From: Heterodontus francisci
Taxonomy: Eukaryota
Length of the DNA: 64,000 nt
Assembly: GCF_036365525.1 (NCBI RefSeq)
Contig: NC_090377.1
Location: forward strand, 90,325,126 to 90,389,125
Direction: 5' to 3'
Shown here: positions 12,684 through 25,479 of the stretch, in pieces
Layout of the letters: the number at the start of each line of letters is the position of its first letter
How positions within the stretch are numbered: the stretch's first letter is position 1
Made by a program: the position numbers and the translations under genes
The notes under the pieces: model-generated
Told to the model about the DNA's origin: nothing
The model's database searches: none
The model's input: the letters and a program-made list of their open reading frames with translations, nothing else

Positions 12684-13361
12684 CACCACACTTTAGGAAG
12701 GATGTGAAGGCTTTAGAGAGGATGCAAAAAGATTTACTAGAATTGTTCCAGGGCTGAGGGACTTCAGTCACATGACAGACTGGAGAAGTTGGGTTGTTCT
12801 CCTTAGAGAAGAAGAGGTTAAGTGGAGATTTAATAGAAATGTTCAAACTTGTGAAAGGTCTGGCTGAGTAGATAGAGAGAATCTGTTCCCATTGATAGAA
12901 AGGTCAAAAACCAGAGGGCACAAATTTAAGGTGACTGGCAAAAGAACCAAAGAAGACATGAGGGAAACTTTTTACGCAGCGAGTGGTTACAATCTGGAAT
13001 GTACTGCCTGAAAGTGTGCTGGAGGCATATTCAATCATGGCTTTCAAATGGGAATTGGATAAGTACCTGAAGGGAAAAAAATTGCAGGACTACAGGGAAA
13101 TGGTGGGGGAGTGGGACTAGCTAAATTGCTCTTGCAGAGAACCAGCAAAGGCTCAACAGGCCAAATGGCCTCCTTCAGTGTTGTAACCATTCTATGATTA
13201 TAAATACTTCTGCTATAAAATGAAAATATTTTATACATATATTAGGTAATATATATGTATAACTTCTGCTGTTATTTTAACCTTAATTGTTTACCTTATC
13301 TCCAACTCATTGGACTGTGTGTAATTAAGCATCCTTGAACACTTGTCCTTTTGATTTTTAG

Positions 13362-13530
13362 GGTGCAATTCCTCCTCTGGTGAAGATTTTAAATTCTGAA
13401 GTTGAAGATGTGCTAGTCAATGTAATTAAATGCATTCGGATATTATGTCGCAATAATCCGGTCAATCAGACCTTAGTGGCTAATGAAGGAGCAATTCCTT
13501 TATTAGTGGAGCTGTTAAGTGTGGCATCAG
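13362..13530 (+). CDS. ANKAR: ANKAR internal exon (armadillo repeat), GAIPPLVKILNSEVEDVLVNVIKCIRILCRNNPVNQTLVANEGAIPLLVELLSVAS
   Basis: ttttag acceptor and gtaatt donor; 169 nt open frame ending in phase 1 and joining the next exon as G|AC (Asp); ARM GAIPxLV motifs; collinear with ANKAR as I recall it. Confidence 0.88.
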
Positions 13531-14551
13531 GTAATTTTTAAGATGTTTTTCCAAATTTAGGACTAGATTTTATGTTCAGGCAAAATCCTAAGTTTAAGTA
13601 TGGTTGGGGCATTTGTTTGACCAGGAGTGCACTGACCCCACTGTAGTTTCCAGGGACAACTTAATTTAAATTACAGCAGGGCTCCTGCATGACAGATGTC
13701 AGTAAATGGAAGCTCATCATTTTGGAGCAGGAATTAATTTGTTGCTGAAGAAAGTAGGATCCTTAATGGCAACACCAGCGAGAATGAAATTTACTTATCT
13801 TAAGAATGCATAAGCCTGCAGTGTTTACACAGGGTCCAGAATACCAAGGAACATTGGTAAATGTGTAGATGTCCTTCTGCATAAGTCAGGCACAGTAGGG
13901 AGACACTATCTGGCATGGGGATATGTATTATCATCAAAGAAGTAGCACAACAGCAGGAGGTGGCCAGGGCAGTTCAAGGCAACCCAATCACCTTGCGCAC
14001 AATATGGAAAGGTTAGTTTCATGCATCTGTCATCACTCTCATTATAGTTTGCATATGGACACCTAGATTTTACTGGATCTCATTGGTATTATTTTGTCTG
14101 GTTTTCCATTAATCAGTGGTCATGTAGAGACAGTGCCCAGTGCTAGTGGCCTGAGAGGAATAGGTGTGCGTGATGCTGGCAGCATAAATGAGACATTTGC
14201 CAGCTCTCTCCAATGGTCGCACATGTGACCAAAAAGGTTCAGGGTTAGGCTACCCATGCAACCACACAAGACGTAGTCTGCAGCTGGTCTATTGCAGAAT
14301 TTTTGGGTACTGTCATATTAATTGGCCTCAGATATTATGTTCCCTTTTCTAAGCTACCATATAAATGGTATGCAAGAGGAGCACACTATCTTGTAAACTT
14401 GTAAAGCTAGCAAACTTCCAAGCAGCTGTTTCCTTGAATACTGAATATCCTTACTTTGCCCCTCCCATTTTTAAGTAATTCTGTTTTCTCCCCTTTCCTT
14501 ATATCTTGAAGAGATGCTGTGCACCTAACCCTCTGTCAGTGCCATTATTGC

Positions 14552-14940
14552 ACAAGCTGTTAAGATACAAGTACAACAGCCTGAGATGGCTTTGCCCCCA
14601 TTTTGTTTCGTGTTTTTTTGCACTCAGACAGCAGTTATTCAGGATCCTGTCGTTCACACCTCTTCTTCACGCATTTTTTGTTTCTTTAGTTGTCCCATTA
14701 CCACTTCCTTTGACCTTGCACTATGAAACCATTTGTCATTTAATCTCCGCTGCCCTCCATCCTATCATAGACATTCCCTTTTGTTCTTCCCACCCTCCCC
14801 CCTCCACTTGCTCAAATCCTACAATATATCACATTTTTCCCAGTTCTGATGAAAGGTTAAGACCTGAAACATTAACTGTTTGTCTTTCCACAGATGCTGC
14901 CAGACCTGCTGAGTATTTCCAACATTTTCCATTTTATTAT
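14552..14940 (+). mobile_element. Penelope-like 3' terminal fragment
   Basis: Ends in the shared ...CCACAGATGCTGCCAGACCTGCTGAGTATTTCC terminus with a hammerhead motif. Confidence 0.75.
14841..14878 (+). ncRNA. Minimal hammerhead ribozyme motif
   Basis: CAGTT-CTGATGA-AAGGTT-AA-GACCT-GAAAC-ATT-AACTG; stem I CAGTT/AACTG is perfect. Confidence 0.72.
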
Positions 14941-15708
14941 CTGAGTTGGCTTGTCCTCTGATTTTCCCCTCCCTCCCAATAGGAATATGCTGGGTTTTAA
15001 TCCAGTAGTTTACCTTAACACCATGGCTGAGATCAGATAATTTATATGGAAATTGGAGAAGTGAATTTGTATCATACTATTGCATTGTGCAGCATCCTCC
15101 ACAGAGTTCTTGCTACAGCTGCAAAAGCTCTAGGATTGAGAGAGAAAGAACCTGAGAAACACCAGCATGGAGAACTGTTTGCTCTAAAGTAATGTTCCGG
15201 CTTTACATCATTTCATGATCATTTCTAATATATCTGCTTCACTGATAAAAGATGAATATATGAGGAGTGCTCGAATTGTATCGTGCAGAACAATTGGAAA
15301 AATGGTGTACATCTAAGGACAAGTAATTGGCAATTCCCTTAAATTTCTTTTTACTATAATCATTTTTTTACAAGTTTTCCAGGTACCGTTTTTCACTATG
15401 GTATCACAACCCTTACATACAATAACTAATTTTTACCATAAAAAGAAAAACGGCAAATGCTGGAAATTTGAAACATAAATAGAAAATGCTGGTCAGTTGG
15501 TATCTGAAAGAGAAAAACAACAGTAATTTGTCTTTCAGTTATTCACAGGCCTGCTGTGTATTTCCAGCATTTTATGTTTTTGTAGCTAATTTTATTTTCT
15601 ATTTGTGTGTTGTTGGATATGCAACCAACATTTTTAGTTAAATCATTTAAAGGTTGTAACAAGACTGAGAAGAGTCCTAACAGTTATAAATGTGCAATTG
15701 CCATGTAG

Positions 15709-15950
15709 ACGTTCTGCAGAGTGATGCTTCGGTTGCTTTGGCTGAAGTGGCTCGTGGACATAAGTGGAACCAAGATGCGATTGTAGCTGAAGGGGCAGTT
15801 GGCCCTCTGATACATATCCTCAGTGGACGGAAAATCAAGATGCAGCTGAAAGCAATAACAGCAGTGGAGGTTTTAGCTGAAAGAAATGCTGCTATACAAA
15901 AAGAATTTCTTGAAATGTCTGCTGACAAACATATTTTGAAACTTCTCAAG
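15709..15950 (+). CDS. ANKAR: ANKAR internal exon, DVLQSDASVALAEVARGHKWNQDAIVAEGAVGPLIHILSGRKIKMQLKAITAVEVLAERNAAIQKEFLEMSADKHILKLLK
   Basis: ag/gt boundaries; 242 nt, phase 1 in and phase 0 out; lies within ORF 15690..16046; ARM repeat. Confidence 0.9.
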
Positions 15951-16210
15951 GTATTTCACAAATATAACCTTATTCATGGAAGTTACATAATTTCAGTAAA
16001 ACCATTTATCAACAGCTGTGCACCATCAGCTGATCCTGAAAAATAGGAAAGGTTGAATACATGTTGGGGGAGAAATTAGTTCACATAGTGTTCTTCATCG
16101 ATATTTAAGAATGCCAAGTGGGCCATGCAGGTAGCAGCCTAAGGCGCTTCCTGTCCCCAGGGAATTGACATAACCTAGAAGTGGCACCACACAAATGAAT
16201 TTCTCTCATA

Positions 16211-16464
16211 TAATAAAAACAAGAAATGCTGGAACCACTCAGCAGGTCTGGCAGCATCTGTGAAAAGAGAAGCAGAGTTAACGTTTCGGGTCAGTGACCC
16301 TTCTTCGGAACCCGAAGACGGGTCAGTGACCCTTCTTCGGAACCCGAAGACTGACCCGGAATGTTAACTCTGCTTCTCTTTTCACAGATGCTGCCAGACC
16401 TGCTGAGTGGTTCCAGCATTTCTTGTTTTTATTTCAGATTTCCAGCATCTGCAGTATTTTGCTT
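16211..16464. mobile_element. Fold-back (inverted) Penelope pseudo-LTR pair
   Basis: ~70-bp perfect inverted arms (16213-16282 / 16363-16432) around a duplicated ~32-bp ribozyme segment. Confidence 0.85.
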
Positions 16465-16825
16465 GAATTTCTCTCATGTTGTTTCTACCGATTCTTAGAA
16501 CAATTAATAACATTTCTAGATCTTTTATGGAAAGAATTCTGTGTCACTGTTCTTATATTTACATCAGGTCTACAGCACAAAAACAGGCCATTTGGCCCAA
16601 CTTATTTATGCCAGCATTTTTCCTCTCTACAAGCCTCCTCCCACTGCATTTCCTCTAACCCTATCAGCATATTCATCTTTTCCTCTCTCTCTCAGACATA
16701 GCTAGCTTTCCCTTAAATGTATCTTGCTATTTCCCTCATTTGCTCCTTCTGATAGCAAAAATCGCATTCTTAGCAGTCTTTGGGTAAAGACGTTTCTACT
16801 AAATTCCCTATTGGATTTGCTTTTA

Positions 16826-19800
16826 TAAAATTTGTTCATGGGATATGTGGATCAGTGGCAAGGCCAGCATTTATTGCCCATCCCTAATTGCCGTTTGAGA
16901 AAGTGGTGGTGAGCTGCCTCCTTGAGCCATTGCAATCCATGTGGTCTAGCTACACCCATAGTGTGGGTAGGGGGTTCCAGGATTTTGACCCAGTGATGAT
17001 GAAGGAAAGGCGATATGTTTCCAAGTATGGATTTTGTGTGATTTGAAGGGGAACTTGTGGGTGGTGGTGTTCCCTTGCTCTTGCTGCCTTTGTTTTTCTA
17101 AGCAGTAGAGGTCGCAGGTTTGGCAGGTGCTGTTGGAGAATCCTTGGCTGGTTGCTGCAGTGCATCTTGTAGATGGTACACACTGCAGCCACGGTGCACT
17201 GGTGGTGTTGAGAATAAATGTTTAAGGTGGTGGATGGGCTGCTAATCAAGCGGCTCCTTGTCCTGGATGGTGTCAAGCTTCTTGAATGTAGTTGGAACTG
17301 CATTCATCCAGGCAAGTGGAGAGTATTCATTACACTCCTGATCTGTGCCTTGTAGATCATAGTAAGGCTTTGGGGAGTATGGAGGTGAATCACCTGCTGC
17401 AGAATATCTAGGCTTTGACTGGCTCCTGTAACCATAGCATTTATGTGGCTCATCTAGGTAAGTTTCTCATCAATGGTAACCCCAGGGATGTTGATGTTGG
17501 GGGATTTAGCAATGATAATGCCACTGAATGCCATGGGGAAGGTGATTTTACTTTCTCTTGTTGGAGATTGTCATTACCAGACACTTGTGTGATGCAAATA
17601 TTCCTTGCCACTTATTAGCCCAAGCCTGGATGTTGTCCAGGTCTTGCTGCATGTGGGCTTAATTCCCTGAATAGTTGCAAATGGAACTGAAGACTATGTA
17701 ATCATCAGCAAATGTCCCCACTTCTGGCCTTGTGATGGAGGGAAGATTATTGATGAAGCAGCTGAAAATGATGGGGTCTAGGACACTGCTATGAGGAATG
17801 CCTGCAGCGATGTCCAGGGGTTGTGATAATTAGCCTCCAACAATCACAACTGTCTTCCTTTGTCCTATGTATGGCTCTAGCCAGTGGAGAGTTTTCCCCC
17901 TGATTCCTATTGACTTCAACTTTACTACAGGTCCTTAATGCCACACTCGATCAAATGCTGACTTGATCTTAAGGGCAGTCACTCTCACCTCACCTCTTGA
18001 ATTCAGCTCTTTTAGCCATATTTGTACCAAGACTGTAATGAGGTCTGGAGCCAAGTGGTCTTGGCGGAACCTAAACTGAGCATCGGTGAGCAGGTCATTA
18101 ATGAGTAAGTGCCACTTGATAGCACTGTGGACAATGCCTTTCATCATTTTGCTGATGGTTGATCATAGGCAGTAATTGGCCCTTTTGGATTTGTCCTGAT
18201 TTTTGTGGACAGGACATACCTGGGCAATTTTCCACATTGTCAGATAGATGTCAGAATTCTAGTTGTACGGGAACAGCTTAGCTAGAGCTGAGCACTTCTT
18301 CAGCACTACAGACAGAGTGTTGTCAGGGCCTATAGCCTTTTCTGTATCCTATGCGCACCGATGTTTTTTGAGTGGAGTGAATCAAATGGCTTGAAGCACA
18401 GCATCTGTGACAGTGGGGATCTCAGGAGGTGGCCAAAGTGGATCACCCACTAGGCACTTTTAGCTGAAGATGATTGCAAATGCTTCAGCCTTGTCTTTTG
18501 CACTCAAGGGCAGGGCTCCGTCATCACTGAAGATGGCATGTTCATGGAGCCTCCTCCTCCTGTTAGTTCATGATTGGATGTGGCAGGACTGCAGAGCTTT
18601 GATCTGATTTGTTGCTTTTGGGATTGCTTAGCTCTCTCAATAGCATGCTGTTTCTGCTGTTTAGCATGCATGTAGTTCTGTGTTAAAGCTTCTTCAGGTT
18701 GGCATCTCATTTTTAGATATGTTTACTGCTGCTCCTGGCTTGCTGTCCTACACTCCTCATTGGACCAAAGTTGGTCCCATGGCTTGAGAGTAATGGTAGT
18801 GTGAGGAATATGCCAAGTCATGAGGTTTCAGATTGTTGTGTTGTTGCTGATGGTCCACAGTGTCTCATGGATGCCCAGTTTTGAGCTGCTAGATCTGTTC
18901 TGCATCTATCCCATTTAGCACGTTGGTAGATGGAGAGTGTTCTCAGTGTGAAGACGGGACTTCGTCTGCACATGGACTGCGCGCTGATCACTGCTGACTA
19001 TACTGTCATGGATGCGTCTGCAACATATAAATTGGTGAGGATGAGATCCAGTATTTTTTTCTTTTGCGTTGGTTCACTCATCACCTGCCATAGGCTCAAT
19101 CTGGCAGATATGTCCTTTAGGACTCAGCCATCTCAGTCAGTAATGGTGCTACCAAGCCACTCAGTGATGGAAATTGAAGTCTCCCAGCCAGAGTGCATTC
19201 TATGCCCTTGTCACCCTCAATGCTTCTTCCAAGTGCTGTTCAACATGGAGGAGTACGGATTCAACAGTTGAGGGAGAGCAGTTGGTGGTAATCAACTGGA
19301 GGTTTTCTTGCCAATGTTTGACCTGATACCATGAGACTTTACGGGTTCCGGAGTCAATGTTGAGGATTGCCAGGGCCATTCTGTCTCGATTGTATACCAC
19401 TGTGCCGCTACCTCTGGTGGTTCTGTCCTGCCGGTGAGACAGGACCTATCCAGGAAAGGTGGAGGAGGAGTGGTATGATTCAGTGAGTATGGCTATGTCA
19501 GGATATTGCTTGACTGGTCTGTGGCACAGCTCTCCCAGTTTTGGCACAAGTCCCCATATGTTAGTAAGGAGCACTTTACAGGCTGGATGTGCTCCTGTTG
19601 TGTCTGGTGCCAAAGTTGATGCTGACTGGTCCTTCAGTTTTATTCTTATTAATCTCTTTAGTAGTGGTTTAATATAAGTGTGTGGTTTGCTAAGTTATTT
19701 CAGAGGGCATTTAAGAGTTAACTACATTGCTGTGGATCTGGAGTCAAATATAGGCCAGACTGGGTAAGGATGGCAGATTTGCTTCCTTAAAGAACATTAG

Positions 19801-19965
19801 TGAACCAGATGGGTTGTGATGACAAAATGGTAGTTTCATGGTCACCATTATTCCATATTTAAATTCCCCAGCTGTTGTGATGGAATTTGAACTCATATCT
19901 CCACACCATTTGTCTGGGCCTCTGAATTACTAGTCCAGTAACATTACCACTATACTACTGTACCC
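16826..19965 (-). mobile_element. Near-complete decayed single-ORF LINE (APE-RT) with a tRNA-like 5' head; clade uncertain
   Basis: APE start TNIWGLVPKLGEL..PDIAILTES (~19480-19570); RT VTALKIKSAFDRVWH; 3' tail ..CCCATGAACAAAT; A/B-box head at ~19870-19965. Confidence 0.8.
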
Positions 19966-19988
19966 ATTAGTGACTATCTAATGTTTAT

Positions 19989-22900
19989 TGCTACGACCGA
20001 GGCAGGAGGAGTGCATTGTTTTTTCTAGTTCCACTTCTCCATAGGTCATTTAAATTTTTTCCGACTTACCGATACAGCCAGTCATAGACTTTTTTTATCC
20101 AAGAATAAAACATACCAACCAGGTTTCTTCAATAAACAACAACATTTTCAGTTTATTATAAAACAAGTCTTAACCAGTAATGCCGTAAAGCATAAACACA
20201 CAGATAGAAATATTAAAGTTCCTTCTTTTACCTTAGTTCCTCACACACACACATACATACACACATATACCGGTTAACTGGTGAAAAAGGTAATTTTGCT
20301 TTAGAGCTCTGTTATAAAAAAAAGACAAAAAAAACCCACTTAGACTGAATAGTTGCTCATTCTCGAAGAAAAAAGAGCAGATATGGAAAGATGTCCTTTG
20401 TTTTGGTTTGGCACCCCAAATGCATATAGATGGCTGTCACTGGGATCTTCCTAGAACAGTTCTTTCCAGGCAATGTTGAAGATCAGTTTGGGTAGGCTTT
20501 CCCAGAAATACAGCAACTGAGATTTCAGATAGACCTTACAGCAGAAATTTGGCAACAAGGGTTCAGTTCCCACACATTTGATACGCAGAGTTTCTTCAAA
20601 TACAGGAGGAAAGAGGAGACTAACACACTGGACATGCAGGGTTTCTTTCAAAGGGAGAGAAAGAGATAAGCTGGGTTTTCTTGGCAGGCAAAAACCAACT
20701 GTCTTTTTTAACAGTTCAAAGTGAAACTAAAAACATTCCAGAAGTCAAGCCTCCTGACCTCTATAAATCTCAACCTGCCATTTCTCTGTAAACATCTTCT
20801 CTATGTAAAAACAACAAGCTCCCTGCTGGTATATTATCTGGAAACAGGTGCCTTCAAGTAAGGGCTTGATAACAAGCCAAGTCCAGGAATCCTTCTGGTG
20901 ACCTCTGTTAAAAAACACGAAGTTCAGCATCTCTTCAAGCTTCGAGATGAATCAATGTCCTCAATTCAACCTTAAATCTTTAGAAATATATTTTACAAAA
21001 TAAAGAAGCACTTTCATTACACCTCCACCCGTGGAGAAATAAAACACCATTTTTAAATGTGTTTCATTACAAAGTGGAAAAAAACAAAAGATGGGAACAT
21101 TTTAAAACACATTTTCACACCCATCCCCATTCACCCTTTACCTGTAGTTAATACAATTCTGCTCTGTACCCTCTTTGCATTCAGATAACTCAAAACAAAG
21201 TTAGATTCTCGATAAAGCATCTGCAATAACATTATTTTTGTCCACAGTGTGGATAATCTTTACGTGATAAGGTTGCAATAGTAAACTCCATCAGAATAAT
21301 CAGGCATTTTGGTTTTTGAATTTTTCCACAAAATTTATCACTAAATCAGTCAACTGCAACCTTCCAACCGGAGCCTCCCAGTTGTTCCAAGTGGTCCTTC
21401 CAAGTGTCACTATAGACCAGCACATCATCAAGGTAAACCACACAGTTAGGAACACTGGCTACCATTTGGTTCACTAGTCTCTGAAAAGTGGCTGGGGCAT
21501 CCCCCAGCCTGAATGGCATCACATGGCACTGGAAAAGACTGTCTGGTGTTACAAAAGCTGATATTTATTTAGCCTGGGGTGTTAAAGGAACTTGCCCGTA
21601 TCCCCTGAATCTATTTTTGTAAGAAACATGGCACTGCCCACTCTGTCAATACAGTCTTCCAAGCGAGGAATTGGGTAGGAGTCTGTCTTTGTTACTGTAT
21701 TAACTTTTCTGTAGTCTATGCAAAGTCTAGTTGAACCATCAGGTTTAGGCACTAATACCACTGGCGAACTCCACTTGCTTTGACTGGGTTCAATTAGGTG
21801 GTTTCCGACATATATTGGACTTCTGCTTTTACCTGGCCTATTTCTCTGGACTTAAGCAGTAAGGATGTTGTTTTATAGGAAAGGATTCCCCTACATCAAC
21901 ATCATGTGTGGATAAGGTTGTACATACTGGCTGATCCCTACAGACTCTTTTAAATGCTGTGAGTAGCTTTGTTAGCTCTTCTAGTTGTTCTGCATCTAAA
22001 TATGAAAGCATAGTGTCCAATCTCCCTCACAATTCAGTATTAGCTAATCGGATAGGAGGAGGTTCAATTTGAGAATTGTCTAGGCCTCCTTCTGCCTCAG
22101 CCTCACTATCCTTTTCATCCTTCTCTATCCCTACTACTTGACACATCTTTGCTTGCTTATCCCACTCCCGGCAATAATATTGTTTCAACGTATTAATATG
22201 ACACAGTCGATTCTTTTTCCAGCGATCTGGGCGATGTCAATCAAATAATTTACTTTACCAATTCTCTTGACCACTTTATATGGACCACTGAACTATGTGT
22301 TCACTGGTTCACCCTAGAAAGGTTGAAATGTTCAGATCTTATCATGCTTGTCTGCCCATTTCTTCATAGTTGTTTGGAAAGCTTTAAGGTGTTCTTGTGC
22401 CACTTTGCAGGCTCTCGTGAGCCATTCCCGGAAAGCAGATACATAATGTTGCACAGAAGATTCGTTCTTCTGTTCTAAAAACATTCCTTTAATTAGTTTA
22501 GAGGACCTCCTATCTCATGTCCGTAAACTAATTCAAAAGGACTAAAACCAGTAGACTCATGAAGTGAATCCCTAGCGGCAAACAAAAGAAATTCTAGCCC
22601 TTTATTCCAAACATGGGGATATTCATGACAGTATGCCCTAATCATAGTTTTGAAGGTCTGATGGTAGCTTTCTAAAGCTCGCTGTGTCTGTGGGTGGTAT
22701 GCTGAAGACTTTAACTGTGTTATACCCAAATCAACCGTAACTTACTGAAATATTTTAGACATAAAATTGGAACCTTGATCCGACTGAATCTCAATCGGTA
22801 ATCCATATCTAGTGAAGAACTGGGTTAACTTCTCTACCACTACCTTAGCAGAAATTGTTCTGAAGGGAGTGGCTTCTGGGAACTGAATAGACATATCCAT

Positions 22901-25076
22901 GATAGTGAGTATATATTGATGTCTCACTTTTGTTTTTGGTAAAGATCCTACACAGTATACCAACACCCTACTAAATGGTTCCCCAGTATCTGGTACGGGA
23001 ATTAGAGGCGGCGGTTTTATGGCAGGTTGCGGTTTTCCCACAATCTGGCACGTATGCCATGTTTTACAAAACTGCACCACATCCTTGGAAAGACCTGGCC
23101 AGTAAAAATGTTGACTTATACATGATTTGGTCTTCTGGATCCCCACATGTCCCACTATCGGAATTTCATATGCTATCCTTAATAGTTCCCGGTGTTCCTC
23201 GGCAGTACCACTATCTGATGAACTATCGTCCATTCTTCATCTGAAGGTGTGTGAGGAGGTCTCCACTTCCTCATTAGAATCCCATTTTTAACATAATAGC
23301 CTTCTGGAACTCCTTTTGTCTCAGCTTCTGTTTGAGCTGATTGTGCCACTTTATTTAACTTTGGATCAGCTTGCTGAGCCGTGATCAGAGAAGACTTATT
23401 AAACATTTCCTTTAGATTATCCAAATCCCCAAAGAAAGGTTCAGATGTTCGGCTATCTGTCTGTGGTGCCATTTTTACCTCCAACAATGGAACATGTTTA
23501 GCCATGCTCGGGTTACTATACATGAAGGAAAAATTCCCTTTGTTTTGGTTAGGCATCCCAAATGCATATCGATGGCTGTCAATGGGATCTTCCTAGAACA
23601 GTTCTTTCCAGGCAATATTGAAGCTCAGTTTGCGTAGTGTCATGCAGACCCCCACCTACCAAGAATGAGGCACATTGATTTTGTCATAGGAACATTGATT
23701 TTGAACTGTGCTGGAGTGAGGAAATGACTTGTTGAACAGATCAGCTGTGGCTGGAATAAACGTTTGTATACTAACAGATGGTGCTTGTGTAGACAAAGGG
23801 CCATTCCCTGACACATTCAACCCACAATGGATGTTGATCACAGGACATAGAGGGGGTGGGGAAGCACATTCCAGGGCCTGCTGGGGTGATGCAATCCACA
23901 GGGGCCAGGACTGGTTGGACCAGCTGGTCACATGACTAACTGGCTGTTCCAGGGTTTTTTGAACTAGCCACAGAGAGTTTGAACTCAGTGTCCGTTTGCT
24001 CCTGGACTGAAAAGACCTTTCCTCGCTGGCTCGCCACAGCTCTCCTGTCTGCTCCCATCTCTTTCTCACAGAACTCCAAATCCACTGAAGATGCATGAAT
24101 CCCAAGAGAGTAAAGTCTCCTACCGTGAACAAGGTTTAAGAAGAATACTGGGCCCCATTGAAATGCAAGATCTATCTACAATCAAGGACTCTACAGTGAG
24201 CTCGAAGATCCGTAACAAAAACCCTCTTCAGAGATTGCCCCAAACTTTTACACTTTATTTCTTCTGCTCTGTTCTGTCCATATCTGCATGTGTGTATTGC
24301 TTATGCATACTAGCATGGGCACGTTGTGTATCCATAGGCATTAACCGAATTAGAGTTTAAGTTTAATAAATTTCAACCTTCTTTTTAAACCTAAGAAAAC
24401 CTTTTTGTGCTGGTTTCTTTGCCTTATAGTTGGAAAGCGCTGAACAAGGATTCACCAAGGGGGAGTTAAAAACACGGCATGCTTAAAATTAAACCCTGTT
24501 ACGGTAAGACCAGGTGAAGGCTGAGGTGAACCCCCAGACCCCTTTTTCACCTGGTCGTAACAGTAGGCTTTCCAAGAAATGCAGCTACAGAGGTCAAATA
24601 TGTATTACAGCAGGAATGCAGCAACAAGGTTTCAGTTCCACACATTCAACATGCAAAGTTCCTTTAAACACACAGGTTCTCTTCAAATACAGGAAACAGG
24701 AATCTGAAAAACTGGATGCAGGACTTGTTCTCAAAAGAGAGAGCTGAGCTGGCTGGGTCGTCTTCTATTGCAGGCAACCGACTAGCTTTTTAACAGTTCA
24801 AATTGAAACTAAAACATTTCAGAAAGCAAGCCTCCTGACAGCCATAAATCTTGGCTTGTCATTTCTTCATAAACATCTCTCCAAGTCAAAAACAACCCCT
24901 GCTGGTTTATTTGAAAACAGGTGCCTTCCAGTAACTGTTTACAGTTCAAACTCAGTCAAGCCTTCTGATGACCTCCGTTAAAAAAAAAACACCCAAAGTT
25001 CCAGCGTCTATAGAATCCTTTTCAGTTTTAAACACAAATTCTCAAAATTTAACAAAAAATGGAAACACTCGTAACA
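19989..25076 (-). mobile_element. Gmr1-type Gypsy LTR retrotransposon (IN upstream of RT); gag/PR deleted
   Basis: 3' LTR 19989-21021 (TG..CA) with PPT GGGTGGAGG; partial 5' LTR ~23520-25076; integrase HHCC, QSDQGSNF and SAYHPQT motifs (22493-23233) precede RT PIKQHPY and YLDDVLVYS (21400-22020). Confidence 0.88.
23638..24562 (+). mobile_element. Solo LTR inserted in the 5' LTR of the Gmr1-type element
   Basis: TGTCATG...CGTAACA termini, exact 4-bp TSD GTAG, AATAAA at ~24365. Confidence 0.88.
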
Positions 25077-25479
25077 CTACCAATAAAACAGTCCTCTGGC
25101 ACAATCTGTTGTCTGAGTCATACCACCAGTTTTACTTTGATACCTGGTGAACACAACTTTGGCAATATAGCAGTATAACTCCAGCCTTTCATAGACTACA
25201 ATTGGCTGTTTTGGAAAGTGACCTTGCAAAGCTGGAAGGAAACTTGCATTTTAGCCATTCATATTTGCACAAAATCGGGAAAAGAAATTACAATTATGAA
25301 GCCACAGTCCATAATTTTTAATTTAACAAGTACTAAAAAGAACTAAAATATATTTTCAAATGAATATTCATGGCAATTTTAAAGAAAAGTTGCAGACAAG
25401 TTAGAAATTTGGTCAACTTCAAAAATGTAGCTTGGAACTTCCTAGCTGTTAATTCAAAGTTTTAATACAAACAATAAGT

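Larger units (their letters stand above)
9850..13200 (+). mobile_element. Nested CR1 LINE remnants (younger copy ~10070-11771 inside an older copy)
   Basis: ORF 10496..10897 ([27 protein letters not shown]); (TTATGTTC)n-type tail at ~11750-11771; second 3' end near 13195. Confidence 0.85.
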
